Counted from the stretch's first letter, positions 44,782 through 54,153 are shown. The stretch is DNA of 64,000 bases from an uncultured Actinomycetota bacterium (GCA_963784705.1 CAWASC010000010.1:290434-354433); one strand, 5' to 3'. Numbers and translations: made by a program. The notes: generated by a model not told the origin, from the sequence alone.

Positions 44782-45971
44782 GCGCTCAGCTCCTTCAGGA
44801 CGGCGTGGGCGGCACGGCGTCCGGAGACCAGAGCGCCCTGGATGCTGGCGGTGTCCCGGTGGTCACCGCACACGAACACCCCGTCGCGCAGGCGCACGGG
44901 CAGGCGCAGGGAGCCGCGTGGCGGCGCCATCGACGGGAGGGCTTGGGGCAGCTCGTAGGAGCGCACGTGCTCCCATCGCGCGGTGTCGACGCCGTACATC
45001 CGGGACAGGTGCGCACGGACCTCGGGCTCGGTCGCGGCCACACTGCCCACGCCGACGACGCTGCTGCTGACCAGGACCCGGCCCGGGGCGTACGACGGTG
45101 CCGCGTTCGTGAGCACGACCGTGTTGGTGACCGGTCCGGACCGCTCGCCGTCCAGCACGATCGCGGGCTCCGTCACGGGTGGCTCGTCGGCCAGGTGGTA
45201 GTGCGTCGTGACGCTGCCGAACGCGATCGGCGGAAGGTCGAGCAGCGACGTGGCGGTGGCCGGGTCGGTCGCGACCACCACAGCGCGGGCGGTGGGTAGG
45301 TGGTGGTGGCGGGAGTCCAGGTGCACGATGCCCTCGGGCAGCCGGGCGGCGAGCTGGGCAGGGATCGCGCCCATCCCTGCGGCCGGAACGGCCTGCCTGC
45401 CGCGGGCGAACGAGCGCCACACCACGTCGAAGAACCGACTGCTGCTGCCGAGGTCGCCGTCGAGCAGCACCCCCGCGAGGAACGGGCGCAGGAACCGGTC
45501 GATCATCGTGTCCGAGATGCCGTGGGCGCGCAGGTGGTCGTACGTCGTGCGCTCGCGCGCCGCCCGCAGCCGGTCGACCGGCAAGGCCGCGTCGCGACCC
45601 GCCAGGGCGAGCAACGCCGCCTTGTCCTTGGCCGAACCGAGGGGTGCGAGGGCGCTCGACAGCGCCCAGGTGGGGTGCCGGCGCGGGTCGCCCACGCGGT
45701 GCAGGCGCTCGCCGTACCGCACCAGGGCGCCCTTGCTGAAGGCGTGCAGCGACAGGGCGTCGTGGTCGAGGACGCGCGCCGCCTCGGGGTAGGCGGTGTT
45801 GTGCACCTGGAAGCCGCGGTCGAGCAGCAGCCCGTCGACGACGTCGGTGCGCACCCGGCCACCGACCTGGCCGGAGGCCTCGTGCAGCGCCACGTCGACA
45901 CCCGCTCGGGACAGGTGCAGGGCGCAGGCGAGACCGGCCAGACCGGCTCCGAGGACGACAACATCGGGCAC
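44778..45971 (-). CDS. FAD-dependent oxidoreductase (amine oxidase / phytoene desaturase-like)
   Basis: 397 aa. The N-terminus is VVVLGAGLAGLACALHL..HEASGQVGGRV. ATGA overlap with the S51 gene. Confidence 0.8.
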   Translation of the reverse strand: MPDVVVLGAGLAGLACALHLSRAGVDVALHEASGQVGGRVRTDVVDGLLLDRGFQVHNTAYPEAARVLDHDALSLHAFSKGALVRYGERLHRVGDPRRHPTWALSSALAPLGSAKDKAALLALAGRDAALPVDRLRAARERTTYDHLRAHGISDTMIDRFLRPFLAGVLLDGDLGSSSRFFDVVWRSFARGRQAVPAAGMGAIPAQLAARLPEGIVHLDSRHHHLPTARAVVVATDPATATSLLDLPPIAFGSVTTHYHLADEPPVTEPAIVLDGERSGPVTNTVVLTNAAPSYAPGRVLVSSSVVGVGSVAATEPEVRAHLSRMYGVDTARWEHVRSYELPQALPSMAPPRGSLRLPVRLRDGVFVCGDHRDTASIQGALVSGRRAAHAVLKELSA

Positions 45972-46034
45972 CGGCGCAACCTACCTGTGGACAACTCCGG
46001 CGGCCTGTCGGCGAACTTCCCTACGTTGCCTGGC

Positions 46035-47435
46035 ATGACTGAACGCGTCACGGGAGAGCCTGTCCTGTCCGGCTACGACGACCTCACGCTGCTGGGGTTC
46101 GGCAGCGCCGGAGAGGTCTGGCGGGCCACCCACCGGCGGACGGGGGACCTGGTCGCCGTGCGGCGCCTGGTGGGCGTCGACCGTGACGTCCTGGCGGCGG
46201 TCCGTGCGGCGTCCACGGTGGTCCGTGGCCTGGCGAGCGAGCACCTGGTGCGGGTCAGGACCACCGTGCGCAGCAACGGTGAGGACCTGCTCGTCCTCGA
46301 CCACGCAGCCGGTGGCCCTGTCCCGACGGATCGCGTCCTCCTGCCGGGGGAGGTGGTCACGGTCGTCGCTCCGGTTGCCGAGGCGCTGGGGCAGGCACAC
46401 GCCGCGGGTCTCGTCCACGGGCGGCTGGAGGTCGGGAGCCTCCTGCTCGACGACCAGGGCAGACCGCTGCTGGAGGGGCTGGGGCTGGCCGTGCTGCACG
46501 ACCCGGCCGACGGGCATGACCCGACGGGGGCGCTCGGTCCGTCGGCAGACGTGTGGGCGGTGGGCGCGCTCGCCCACCGGCTGCTGACCGGTCAGGCTCC
46601 GGGCGACACGCCCCTGGCCGACCTGGTGCCCACTGCGCCGGTGCCGCTCCTCGCGGCGATCACGTCCGCCCTGCGGTTCGACCCCACGACGCGCCCGACC
46701 GCTGACGCTCTGAGCCAGGCGCTCCTCGCCGCGTGCCCGGCGATCCCGCTCTCGGCACGTCAGGTACCGCGTCCGGGTGCGCGTCCGGTACCGCGTCCGG
46801 GTGCGCGTCCGGGCCCGGCGCGGATCCGCTCAGTGCACCCGCGGCGCCGACCGACCCTGCCGACGGGGTCGCCGTCCTGGTTGCCCCTTCGGCTCCCGAG
46901 CCGCGCGCACCTGCTGTCCGGAGCCGCGGCGGTGGCCGCGCTGCTCGCCGTGGTCGCGGGCGGGGTCCTGTGGGGTCGGCACGCCTCGGACGGTCCAGGA
47001 GGCGTCCCGCTGGCCACGCCGGCCGTGCGCGCGGCGGCGGTGGCAGCACCCGCGGTGCAGCCGGTCGCGGCGTGGACCGACGTCCTGACAGCCCTGGACG
47101 CCCGGCGGGCCGAGGCGTTCCGGACCGGGCGGGTGGCGCTGCTCGACGAGGTCTACGACGAGGGCTCCGCCGCGGGGCGCGCCGACCGGGCGGCGCTGGC
47201 CGCCCTGGTCGAGCGCGGGGCCACGGTGGACGACCTGCGGCACGCGATCGACGTCGTCACGCCGCTGCGGACCAGCGATGACCGCGTCGAGCTCGAGGTC
47301 GAGGAGTCCCTGCCGGCGTACGTCGTCCACGAGCGGGATGGTCAGGTGCGGCACGCTGCCGGGGCGGTGGCGCGCCACACGATCGTCCTCACCCGCCGCG
47401 CACGCGGATGGCTCGTCGCCCAGGTCAGCCGGTGA
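46035..47435 (+). CDS. membrane-anchored Ser/Thr-kinase-like protein with degenerate catalytic motifs (predicted pseudokinase) and extracytoplasmic NTF2/SnoaL-like domain
   Basis: 466 aa from ATG 46035, within track ORF 45300..47435. The Gly loop LGFGSAGEVW is present, but VAVRRL replaces VAIK, VHGRLEVGS replaces HRDLKPxN, and LEGLG replaces DFG. A Pro/Arg linker, one TM helix and a C-terminal domain follow. Confidence 0.7.
   Translation: MTERVTGEPVLSGYDDLTLLGFGSAGEVWRATHRRTGDLVAVRRLVGVDRDVLAAVRAASTVVRGLASEHLVRVRTTVRSNGEDLLVLDHAAGGPVPTDRVLLPGEVVTVVAPVAEALGQAHAAGLVHGRLEVGSLLLDDQGRPLLEGLGLAVLHDPADGHDPTGALGPSADVWAVGALAHRLLTGQAPGDTPLADLVPTAPVPLLAAITSALRFDPTTRPTADALSQALLAACPAIPLSARQVPRPGARPVPRPGARPGPARIRSVHPRRRPTLPTGSPSWLPLRLPSRAHLLSGAAAVAALLAVVAGGVLWGRHASDGPGGVPLATPAVRAAAVAAPAVQPVAAWTDVLTALDARRAEAFRTGRVALLDEVYDEGSAAGRADRAALAALVERGATVDDLRHAIDVVTPLRTSDDRVELEVEESLPAYVVHERDGQVRHAAGAVARHTIVLTRRARGWLVAQVSR
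46763..46810 (+). repeat. perfect 24-bp tandem duplication inside the kinase-like gene
   Basis: GGTACCGCGTCCGGGTGCGCGTCC occurs twice with no mismatch (46763-46786 and 46787-46810). It encodes VPRPGARP twice. Confidence 0.95.
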
Positions 47436-47437
47436 GC

Positions 47438-48331
47438 TCAGCCCAGCCCGGACGAGCCCAGCTCGGACTGCAGCGCCTGCGCGACCTCGGGATGGGCGAA
47501 GGAGAAGCCGCTGGCGAGCAGACGGGTCGGCGCCAGGCGCTGTCCGGCGAGCACGCCCTCCTGGGCGAACTGTCCCAGGGCGGCGGCGAGCACGAAGCCC
47601 GGCACGGGGACGGGGAGCGTGGGCCGGTGCACCGCAGCGCCCAGGGCCTTGGTGAACTCCCGGTTGCGTACCGGGTGGGGAGCCACCAGGTTGACGGGCC
47701 CGGCGACGTCGGCGGTGAGCAGGTGGACGATCGCGCCCACCTCGTCCTCGAGGCTGATCCAGGGCAGCCACTGCCGGCCGCTGCCCAGGGGGGCGCCGAG
47801 GCAGGCCTTGAAGATCGGCACCTGCTTCGCGAGCGCGCCGCCCTCGGCGGCCAGCACGACACCGGTGCGCAGGTGGACGACGCGAGCCGAGGTGTCGGCC
47901 GGCTCGGTCGCGGCCTCCCAGGCCACGCACACATCGGCGAGGAACCCGCTGCCCCGCGTCCCGGTCTCGTCGGTGACCTGGTCGCCGGTGTCGCCGTACC
48001 AGCCGACAGCGCTGGCGGACAGCAGCGTGGGCACGCCCGCCGTCGCCACGGCCAGGGCCACAGCCCGGGTGCCGTGGGTGCGGCTGTCGAGGATCGTCGT
48101 CCGGTAGCTGTCGGTCCAGCGCTTGTCGCCGACGCCGGCCCCGGCGAGGTGCACGACCGCGTCGAGGTCCTCGACCGCCTCGGCGGCCAGGTGCTCGGCG
48201 TCCCAGCGGCGTTCGTCCGGCGCCGACGCGGGTCGGCGGACGAACGAGACCACCTGGTGGCCGGCGGCCATCAGCGCCGGTCGCAGGGCTGATCCGATGA
48301 GGCCCGTGGCCCCGGTGATCCCGATCTTCAT
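47438..48331 (-). CDS. TIGR01777-type NAD-dependent epimerase/dehydratase family protein
   Basis: 297 aa from ATG 48331 (GGGAGGA upstream), within track ORF 47438..48448. The Rossmann start is MKIGITGATGLIGSAL. Confidence 0.8.
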   Translation of the reverse strand: MKIGITGATGLIGSALRPALMAAGHQVVSFVRRPASAPDERRWDAEHLAAEAVEDLDAVVHLAGAGVGDKRWTDSYRTTILDSRTHGTRAVALAVATAGVPTLLSASAVGWYGDTGDQVTDETGTRGSGFLADVCVAWEAATEPADTSARVVHLRTGVVLAAEGGALAKQVPIFKACLGAPLGSGRQWLPWISLEDEVGAIVHLLTADVAGPVNLVAPHPVRNREFTKALGAAVHRPTLPVPVPGFVLAAALGQFAQEGVLAGQRLAPTRLLASGFSFAHPEVAQALQSELGSSGLG

Positions 48332-48374
48332 CCTGTGATCCTCCCGGCTGGCCGGTTCCTGCGCACCTCGACCG

Positions 48375-49010
48375 TCAGGGGGTGAGCCCCGCCCAGCCGT
48401 CGGGCAGTGGCTCACCGCGGCCCCACAGCCGCAGGAGGACATCCGCACAGGTGCCCTCGACGCGCGTCACCTCGCCCTGACCGAACCCGATCATCTCGTC
48501 GGGAAGGCACAGCTCGAGGCGTCCCGGCGGCACGAGCCCGCGGGAGACCTGACGGGGGGCGAAGAAGGTCAGCACCTCGTCGATCCCGTCGCGTGCAAGG
48601 GCTTCGCCCAGGACGTACGGCGCGACGTCCCAGCGGTGTAAGGCGACCTCGTGCACCTGCCGCCGGCTCCAGAACCCCGCGGTCCGGTTGGTCTTGTCGA
48701 ACGTCCACGCCGGAGCGCTGGGGGGCAGCTCCCGCAACCGGGCCATGAGGGCAGCGGCCGCCTGCTCGTACGCGCGCGCCAGCTCGTCCGCCCCACCCTC
48801 GACGCGAGGTTCGTCGTACGGCGGGGGACCGGGGCTGTCGAGGGCGGCGCGCGCCCAGGTGTGCACACCGATGAGGTGGCCGGTGACGTCGCGCAGGGTC
48901 CAACCAGGACACGCCACGACCGGCTGGTCGGGGTCGTGCGTGCCGAGGGCGGCCGCCATGGCGAGCACCTCGCCCTCGAGCAGGAGGAGGTGGTCGAGGG
49001 CGGCCGCCAC
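48375..49010 (-). CDS. mycothiol-dependent maleylpyruvate isomerase-family (DinB-like) protein
   Basis: 211 aa. The N-terminal DinB-like segment reads ..VVACPGWTLRDVTGHLIGVHTWA. Confidence 0.7.
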   Translation of the reverse strand: MAAALDHLLLLEGEVLAMAAALGTHDPDQPVVACPGWTLRDVTGHLIGVHTWARAALDSPGPPPYDEPRVEGGADELARAYEQAAAALMARLRELPPSAPAWTFDKTNRTAGFWSRRQVHEVALHRWDVAPYVLGEALARDGIDEVLTFFAPRQVSRGLVPPGRLELCLPDEMIGFGQGEVTRVEGTCADVLLRLWGRGEPLPDGWAGLTP

Positions 49011-49016
49011 GCGGGG

Positions 49017-50624
49017 CTAGAGCCCGAGCTCGGCGGCGAAGTCGCCCTCCTCGAGACGGTTCTTCACCGTCGTGAGGAAGCGAGCGGCGTCGGCGCCGTC
49101 GACGATGCGGTGGTCGTAGGTGAGGGCCAGGTAGACCATCGAGCGCACGGCCACCACCTCGCCGAGCTGCGGGTCGTTCACCACGACCGGGCGCTTGACG
49201 ACGGCGCCGGTGCCGAGGATGCCGACCTGCGGCTGGTTGATGATCGGGGTGTCGAACAGGGCCCCGCGGCTGCCGGTGTTGGTCACTGTGAACGTCCCGC
49301 CGCCGAGCTCGTCCGGGCCGACCTTGTTGGTCCGGGTCCGGTCGGCGAGGTCGGCGATCTTGCGAGCGACACCGGACAGGTTCAGGTCGCCGGCGCCCTG
49401 GAGGACCGGAACCAGCAGGCCCTTCTCCGTGTCGACGGCGATGCCGAGGTTCACCTCGTCGTGGTAGGTCACCGTGCCGGCGTCCATGTCGACGCTCGCG
49501 TTGACCATGGGGTGTGCCTTGAGGGCCTCGATGGCCGCGAGAGCGAAGAACGGCAGGAAGGTGAGCTTGGTGCCCTCACGGGCCTCGAAGTCGCCCTTGA
49601 CCTGCTGGCGCAGCTTGGCGATGGCGGTGACGTCCGCCTCCAGCACCGTCGTCAGCTGGGCGCTGACCTGCAGCGACTCGACCATGCGCGTCGCGATGAC
49701 CTTGCGCAACCGGGAGAGCGGCTCGGTCTTGCCGCGCAGCGACGCCGTCGCCGCTGCCGGAGCCGGAGCGGAGGTCGCCGGAACGGCCGGGGTCGAAGGG
49801 GTCGTCGCGGCAGCCGGGGCGGGCGCGGACGTGGTCACCGCGGCCGGTGCTGCAGCGGCTGCGGGGGCAGCAGATGCAGCCGGTGCTGCAGCGGCTGCGG
49901 GGGCAGCAGGCGCTGCGGGGGCGGCCTGGCTGCCCTGACCCTGCGCGGCCGCGTCGAGCACATCCTGCTTGCGGATGCGTCCTCCGACGCCGGTGCCCTG
50001 CAACGTCGCCAGGTCGACGCCGTGCTCGGCAGCGAGCTTGCGGACCAGCGGGGTGACGTAGGCGCCCTCTCCCGCGGGAGCCGCCGAGGGTGCCGGTGAA
50101 GGTGCCGGTGAAGGAGTGGACGTGGCGGCGGGCGCAGGGGTGGGAGCGGTGGGGACGGGCTCGGGGGCCGGCGGGGCCGGGGGAGCGGCCTGCGGAGCGG
50201 CGGCGACCGGCGCCGGGTCAGGGGTGGCCTCCTGGGCCGCGGGCTCCGGGGTGGGCTCCGGGGTGGGCTCCGGGGTCGGCTCCGGCTCCGGGGTGTCCTC
50301 CTGGGCCGTGGGCTCTGCTGCGGGTGCTGCGGCTGCCTCGCCACCAGCCTCGCCACCAGCCTCACCACCAGCCTCACCGCCGCCCTCGCCGTCACCGATG
50401 ATGGCGAGCTCGACGCCGACCTCGACGGTCTCGTCCTCCTGCACCTTGATGGAGGTGACGATGCCGGCAGCGGGGGAGGGGATCTCGGTGTCGACCTTGT
50501 CGGTGGAGACCTCGAGCAGCGGCTCGTCGACCTCGACGCGCTCGCCCTCCTTCTTCAGCCAGCGGGTGACGGTGCCCTCGGTGACGCTCTCGCCGAGGCG
50601 GGGCATGGTGACGGAGACGGCCAT
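49017..50624 (-). CDS. sucB: 2-oxoacid dehydrogenase E2 component (dihydrolipoamide succinyl/acyltransferase)
   Basis: 535 aa. One lipoyl domain ([15 protein letters not shown]), the E3-binding domain ([26 protein letters not shown]) and the catalytic domain ([13 protein letters not shown]), joined by long Ala/Pro/Glu linkers. Confidence 0.9.
   Translation of the reverse strand: MAVSVTMPRLGESVTEGTVTRWLKKEGERVEVDEPLLEVSTDKVDTEIPSPAAGIVTSIKVQEDETVEVGVELAIIGDGEGGGEAGGEAGGEAGGEAAAAPAAEPTAQEDTPEPEPTPEPTPEPTPEPAAQEATPDPAPVAAAPQAAPPAPPAPEPVPTAPTPAPAATSTPSPAPSPAPSAAPAGEGAYVTPLVRKLAAEHGVDLATLQGTGVGGRIRKQDVLDAAAQGQGSQAAPAAPAAPAAAAAPAASAAPAAAAAPAAVTTSAPAPAAATTPSTPAVPATSAPAPAAATASLRGKTEPLSRLRKVIATRMVESLQVSAQLTTVLEADVTAIAKLRQQVKGDFEAREGTKLTFLPFFALAAIEALKAHPMVNASVDMDAGTVTYHDEVNLGIAVDTEKGLLVPVLQGAGDLNLSGVARKIADLADRTRTNKVGPDELGGGTFTVTNTGSRGALFDTPIINQPQVGILGTGAVVKRPVVVNDPQLGEVVAVRSMVYLALTYDHRIVDGADAARFLTTVKNRLEEGDFAAELGL
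49844..49915 (-). repeat. 36-bp x2 tandem repeat in E2 linker 2
   Basis: CCGGTGCTGCAGCGGCTGCGGGGGCAGCAG occurs at 49844 and again at 49880 (30 identical nt, then 6 diverged). It encodes Ala/Pro linker sequence. Confidence 0.9.
50241..50382 (-). repeat. 12-bp tandem repeats in E2 linker 1
   Basis: GGGCTCCGGGGT x3 perfect (50241-50276, encoding TPEP repeats) and GCCTCRCCACCA x3-4 (50335-50382, encoding GGEA repeats). Confidence 0.9.
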
Positions 50625-50664
50625 GGGGTGCGTGGGGTCCTTTGCTTCGGTTGACGAGGGTGAC

Positions 50665-50696
50665 GAGGGGTCGAGGGGTCGAGGGGTCGAGGGGTG
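50665..50696. repeat. 8-bp tandem repeat (GAGGGGTC x3 plus GAGGGGTG) in the lpd-sucB spacer
   Basis: Read directly. Three copies are perfect and one has a mismatch. Further G3-4 tracts flank it between 50652 and 50716. Confidence 0.9.
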
Positions 50697-50720
50697 ACGG
50701 GAGGGTCGCGGGAGGGTGCG

Positions 50721-52091
50721 TCAGGAGTGGCTGTGCAGGGGCTTGCCGGCCAGCGCGAGGTGCGCCTCGCCGACGGCCTCGGACATCGTCGGGTGCGGGT
50801 GGATGAGCTGCGCCACCTCGGACGGCAGCGCCTCCCAGTTGGTGATGAGCTGTGCCTCGGCGATGAGCTCACCGACACGCTCGCCGACCATGTGGACGCC
50901 CAGGACCGGGCCGTCCTTCTGCGCGACGACCTTCACCGCTCCCGCCGTACCGAGGATCTTCGCCTTGCCGTTGCCGGCGAGGTCGTAGGTCACCTCGACG
51001 ACGTCGTACCCGCGCTCGGTGGCCTGCTTGGCGGTGATGCCGACGGACGCGACCTCCGGGTGGGAGTAGGTCACGCGCGGGACGCCGTCGTAGTCGACCG
51101 GCGTGACCGGGAGGCCGGCCAGGCGCTCGGCGACGAGGATCCCCTCGGCGAAGCCGACGTGCGCGAGCTGCAGGGTCGGGATGAGGTCCCCGACGGCGCT
51201 GATCGTGGGGACGGAGGTCTGGCAGTAGGCGTCGACCTTGACGAAGCCGCGCTCCATCTCGATGCCGATCTGCTCGTAGCCCAGGCCCTCGGACACCGGC
51301 CCGCGGCCGATGGCGACGAGCAGCAGCTCGGCCTCGAGGGTCTTGCCGCCCTCGAGGGTGACCTGGACGCCGCCCTCGGTGGGAGTGACGGACTGGAACC
51401 GGGCGCCGAGCTCCTGCTTGATGCCCTTCTTGCGGAAGGCCCGCTCGAGCAGCTTGGAGGACGACTCCTCCTCGAGCGGCACCAGGTGGGGGAGGGCCTC
51501 GACGATGGTGACCTCGGCGCCGAAGGCGTTCCACACGCTGGCGAACTCACAGCCGATCGCGCCGGCGCCCAGGATGATGACGCTCTCCGGGATGCCGTCG
51601 AGACCGAGCGCGTCGTCGGAGGTGATGACCTTCGTGCCGTCGATGGTCAGGCCGGGCAGCGAGCGGGGCACCGAGCCGGTCGCGAGCAGCACGTGCTTGG
51701 CCTCGATGGTCCGCCCGTCGACCTCAACGGCGGTCGGGGAGGCGAGCCGGCCGGAGCCCTGCACGACCTCGATGCCGCGGCTCTTCACCAGGCCGGACAG
51801 GCCCTTGTAGAGCCCGTCGACCACCTTGCCCTTGTAGGCGTTGACGCCGGCCATGTCGACGCCCTGGAAGGTCCCCTGGACGCCGAACTGCGCGGCGTCC
51901 TTGATGACCTCGACGGTCTCGGCCGAGTGGAGCAGCGCCTTGGTCGGGATGCAGCCGCGGTGCAGGCAGGTGCCCCCGACCTTGTCCTTCTCGACCATGA
52001 CGACGCTCATGCCGAGCTCCGACGCGCGGAGGGCTGCGGCGTAGCCACCGCTGCCACCTCCGAGGACGACCAGGTCGACGGGCTCGCTCAC
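50721..52091 (-). CDS. lpd: dihydrolipoyl dehydrogenase (E3)
   Basis: 456 aa from GTG 52091 (GAGGGAG upstream), within track ORF 50721..52154. Motifs seen: VVLGGGSGGYAAA and the redox disulfide GGTCLHRGCIPTK. Confidence 0.9.
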   Translation of the reverse strand: MSEPVDLVVLGGGSGGYAAALRASELGMSVVMVEKDKVGGTCLHRGCIPTKALLHSAETVEVIKDAAQFGVQGTFQGVDMAGVNAYKGKVVDGLYKGLSGLVKSRGIEVVQGSGRLASPTAVEVDGRTIEAKHVLLATGSVPRSLPGLTIDGTKVITSDDALGLDGIPESVIILGAGAIGCEFASVWNAFGAEVTIVEALPHLVPLEEESSSKLLERAFRKKGIKQELGARFQSVTPTEGGVQVTLEGGKTLEAELLLVAIGRGPVSEGLGYEQIGIEMERGFVKVDAYCQTSVPTISAVGDLIPTLQLAHVGFAEGILVAERLAGLPVTPVDYDGVPRVTYSHPEVASVGITAKQATERGYDVVEVTYDLAGNGKAKILGTAGAVKVVAQKDGPVLGVHMVGERVGELIAEAQLITNWEALPSEVAQLIHPHPTMSEAVGEAHLALAGKPLHSHS

Positions 52092-52240
52092 AGGTTCTGC
52101 TCCCTCACGGCTTCGCATGCGACAGGTCTGCCCTGCCGCATGGCATCCTTCCACTTACCCTTGCATCTACCGAGTACAGGTCGCGATCGGGCCCACGGCA
52201 TTCCCGCCGCGGACTGATCGCCGGACGAACAGGAGCCAGG

Positions 52241-52588
52241 GTGGGCGCGTTCAACCGGCTGTCCGGGCGGCTGGGCCGACGTCCCCGTCCGGGGACGCTG
52301 CGGGGTGCGCAGAACGCCGACACCGACCACCTGAAGCAGTTCGCCGCCTCGCGCACCGGCGTCGAGGGCTTCGTCGAGCCGCAGACCAACACGACCGCCA
52401 CGACCCTGGTCCTGGTTGCCGCAGACGGGGAGTGGACCCGCCGCCGGGTGTCGTCGGTGAAGGCAGCGTTCGACCTCGGCAAGGACCTGGCGATGCCGGT
52501 GTACGACGTCGCCGCGACCGGCTACCCGCAGCGGATGCGCGAGTGGACCGCGGCCCGCAAGCGCGCGGGGGAGTCCCGCTCCACCTGA
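52241..52588 (+). CDS. conserved-looking hypothetical protein (115 aa)
   Basis: GTG at 52241 is preceded by AGGAG. The composition is protein-like (..HLKQFAASRTGVEGFVEPQTNTTATTLVLVAADGEW..), with no family recognised. Confidence 0.55.
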   Translation: MGAFNRLSGRLGRRPRPGTLRGAQNADTDHLKQFAASRTGVEGFVEPQTNTTATTLVLVAADGEWTRRRVSSVKAAFDLGKDLAMPVYDVAATGYPQRMREWTAARKRAGESRST

Positions 52589-52590
52589 GG

Positions 52591-54153
52591 TCAGGTGGTG
52601 GCGAGCTCCTCGACGAGCTGCACGAAGGTGCGTACGGCGGCACCGGTGCCCCCGACCGGCGTGTAGCCGTAGGCAGCGCCCGTGTTGTACGCCGGTCCCG
52701 CGATGTCCAGGTGCGACCACGCGACGCCGTCGGTGACGAACTCCTGCAGGAACAGCCCGGCGGTGAGCATCCCGCCCTCCCGGGGCCCCGTGTTGACCAT
52801 GTCGGCCACGTCGGAGTCCAGGCCCTTGCGCAGGTCGGCGGGCAGGGGCATCGGCCACATCGACTCGCCCGCCGTCCGGGCTGCCGCGACGACGTGGTCA
52901 CGCAGGGCGTCGTCGTTGCCCATCACACCGGAGGTGCGCGATCCGAGCGCCACGACCTGCGCACCCGTCAGCGTCGCGACGTCCAGCACGATGTCGGGGG
53001 AGTCCTGGCACGCGCGGGAGATCGCGTCGGCGAGGATGAGCCGTCCCTCGGCGTCGGTGTTGTTGACCTCGACCCGCGTCCCGCTGTGCATCGTGAGGAC
53101 GTCGGACGGACGGATCGCTGTGCCGCTCGGCATGTTCTCGGCCATCGGCACCCACGCGTCGACATCCACCTTCAGCCCGAGCTCGGCGATCGCGACCATC
53201 GCCGCAACGACGGCCGCCGCGCCACCCATGTCGGACTTCATGTCCTCCATGCCGGCGCTCGGCTTGATGGAGATGCCGCCCGAGTCGAACGTGATGCCCT
53301 TGCCCACGAGGGCGACCTTCTTGCTGGCCCCGCGGGTGCGGTGCGACAGGTGGACCAGCCGTGGCGGGTTGGTCGAACCCTGACCGACGCCGAGGATCCC
53401 GCCGTACCCGCCCTTCTTGAGGGCCTTCTCGTCGAGGACCTCGGTGGTCAGCCCGACGGCCTTGCCGCGCTCGACCGCGAGCGCGGCGAACGTCGCGGGG
53501 GTCAGGTGGGAGGGCGGGGTGTTCACCAGGTCGCGCGCGAGGTGGACGGCGCGGGCGACGGACTCGGCCCGGGTGAGGACGGCCTTGGCGCCCTTGAGCC
53601 CGCTGAGCACGGCGACGGACGTGACCGGGGCCTTCTGACCGTCGAGGGACGCCTGCCGGTGCTCGGTGAAGGAGTAGGCGCCCAGCAGCGCACCTTCGGC
53701 CACGGCGCGAAGGGACGGCGCGTCCTCGGCCGGGAGCGCGAGTGTGACGGTGGCGGACGACCCGGCGAGAGCCCGGACCGCGGCACCGGCGGCGCGGCGC
53801 AGCACCTCCCCGTCGTACGACGACGACTGGTCTCCCAGACCGACGGCGACGAGAACGCCGGCCTTGACGGCACCCAGGGTGGCCACGCGGGTGACCTCCT
53901 CGGCCGCGCCGGTCGCCCCGAGCGCCACGAGTGCAGGCAGCAGGCCCTTGCCGAACGCCTTGACCAGGTCGTCGGAGCCGGCCACCAGGACCGGGCCCTT
54001 CGCGGTCCGGGCGACACCGATGACGACGGCGTCGGTCTTCGCGGTCGCAGCGGTCGCGGTCGACAGGGACAGGCGGAGGGCGGGTCGGGTCAGGGCGGGT
54101 CGGGTCAGGGCGGGTCGGGTCAGGGCGGGTCGGGTCAGGGAGGGAGACGTCAC
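52591..54153 (-). CDS. pepA: leucyl aminopeptidase (M17)
   Basis: 520 aa from GTG 54153, the tail of track ORF 52591..55389. Motifs seen: VGKGITFDSGGISIKP and NTDAEGRLILAD. The N-terminus contains (LTRPA)x4, encoded by a tandem repeat. Confidence 0.9.
   Translation of the reverse strand: MTSPSLTRPALTRPALTRPALTRPALRLSLSTATAATAKTDAVVIGVARTAKGPVLVAGSDDLVKAFGKGLLPALVALGATGAAEEVTRVATLGAVKAGVLVAVGLGDQSSSYDGEVLRRAAGAAVRALAGSSATVTLALPAEDAPSLRAVAEGALLGAYSFTEHRQASLDGQKAPVTSVAVLSGLKGAKAVLTRAESVARAVHLARDLVNTPPSHLTPATFAALAVERGKAVGLTTEVLDEKALKKGGYGGILGVGQGSTNPPRLVHLSHRTRGASKKVALVGKGITFDSGGISIKPSAGMEDMKSDMGGAAAVVAAMVAIAELGLKVDVDAWVPMAENMPSGTAIRPSDVLTMHSGTRVEVNNTDAEGRLILADAISRACQDSPDIVLDVATLTGAQVVALGSRTSGVMGNDDALRDHVVAAARTAGESMWPMPLPADLRKGLDSDVADMVNTGPREGGMLTAGLFLQEFVTDGVAWSHLDIAGPAYNTGAAYGYTPVGGTGAAVRTFVQLVEELATT
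54079..54138 (-). repeat. perfect 15-bp x4 tandem repeat, in frame at the pepA 5' end
   Basis: The plus strand carries GGCGGGTCGGGTCAG four times with no mismatch (54079-54138). The minus strand reads CTGACCCGACCCGCC, encoding LTRPA. Confidence 0.95.

Noticed and set aside
54079-54138. Possible CRISPR array (the same question applies to the 8-, 12-, 24- and 36-bp repeats elsewhere).
   Set aside because: The units are directly contiguous with no spacers and are far shorter than CRISPR repeats. No cas genes are present, and most of the repeats lie in frame inside genes.
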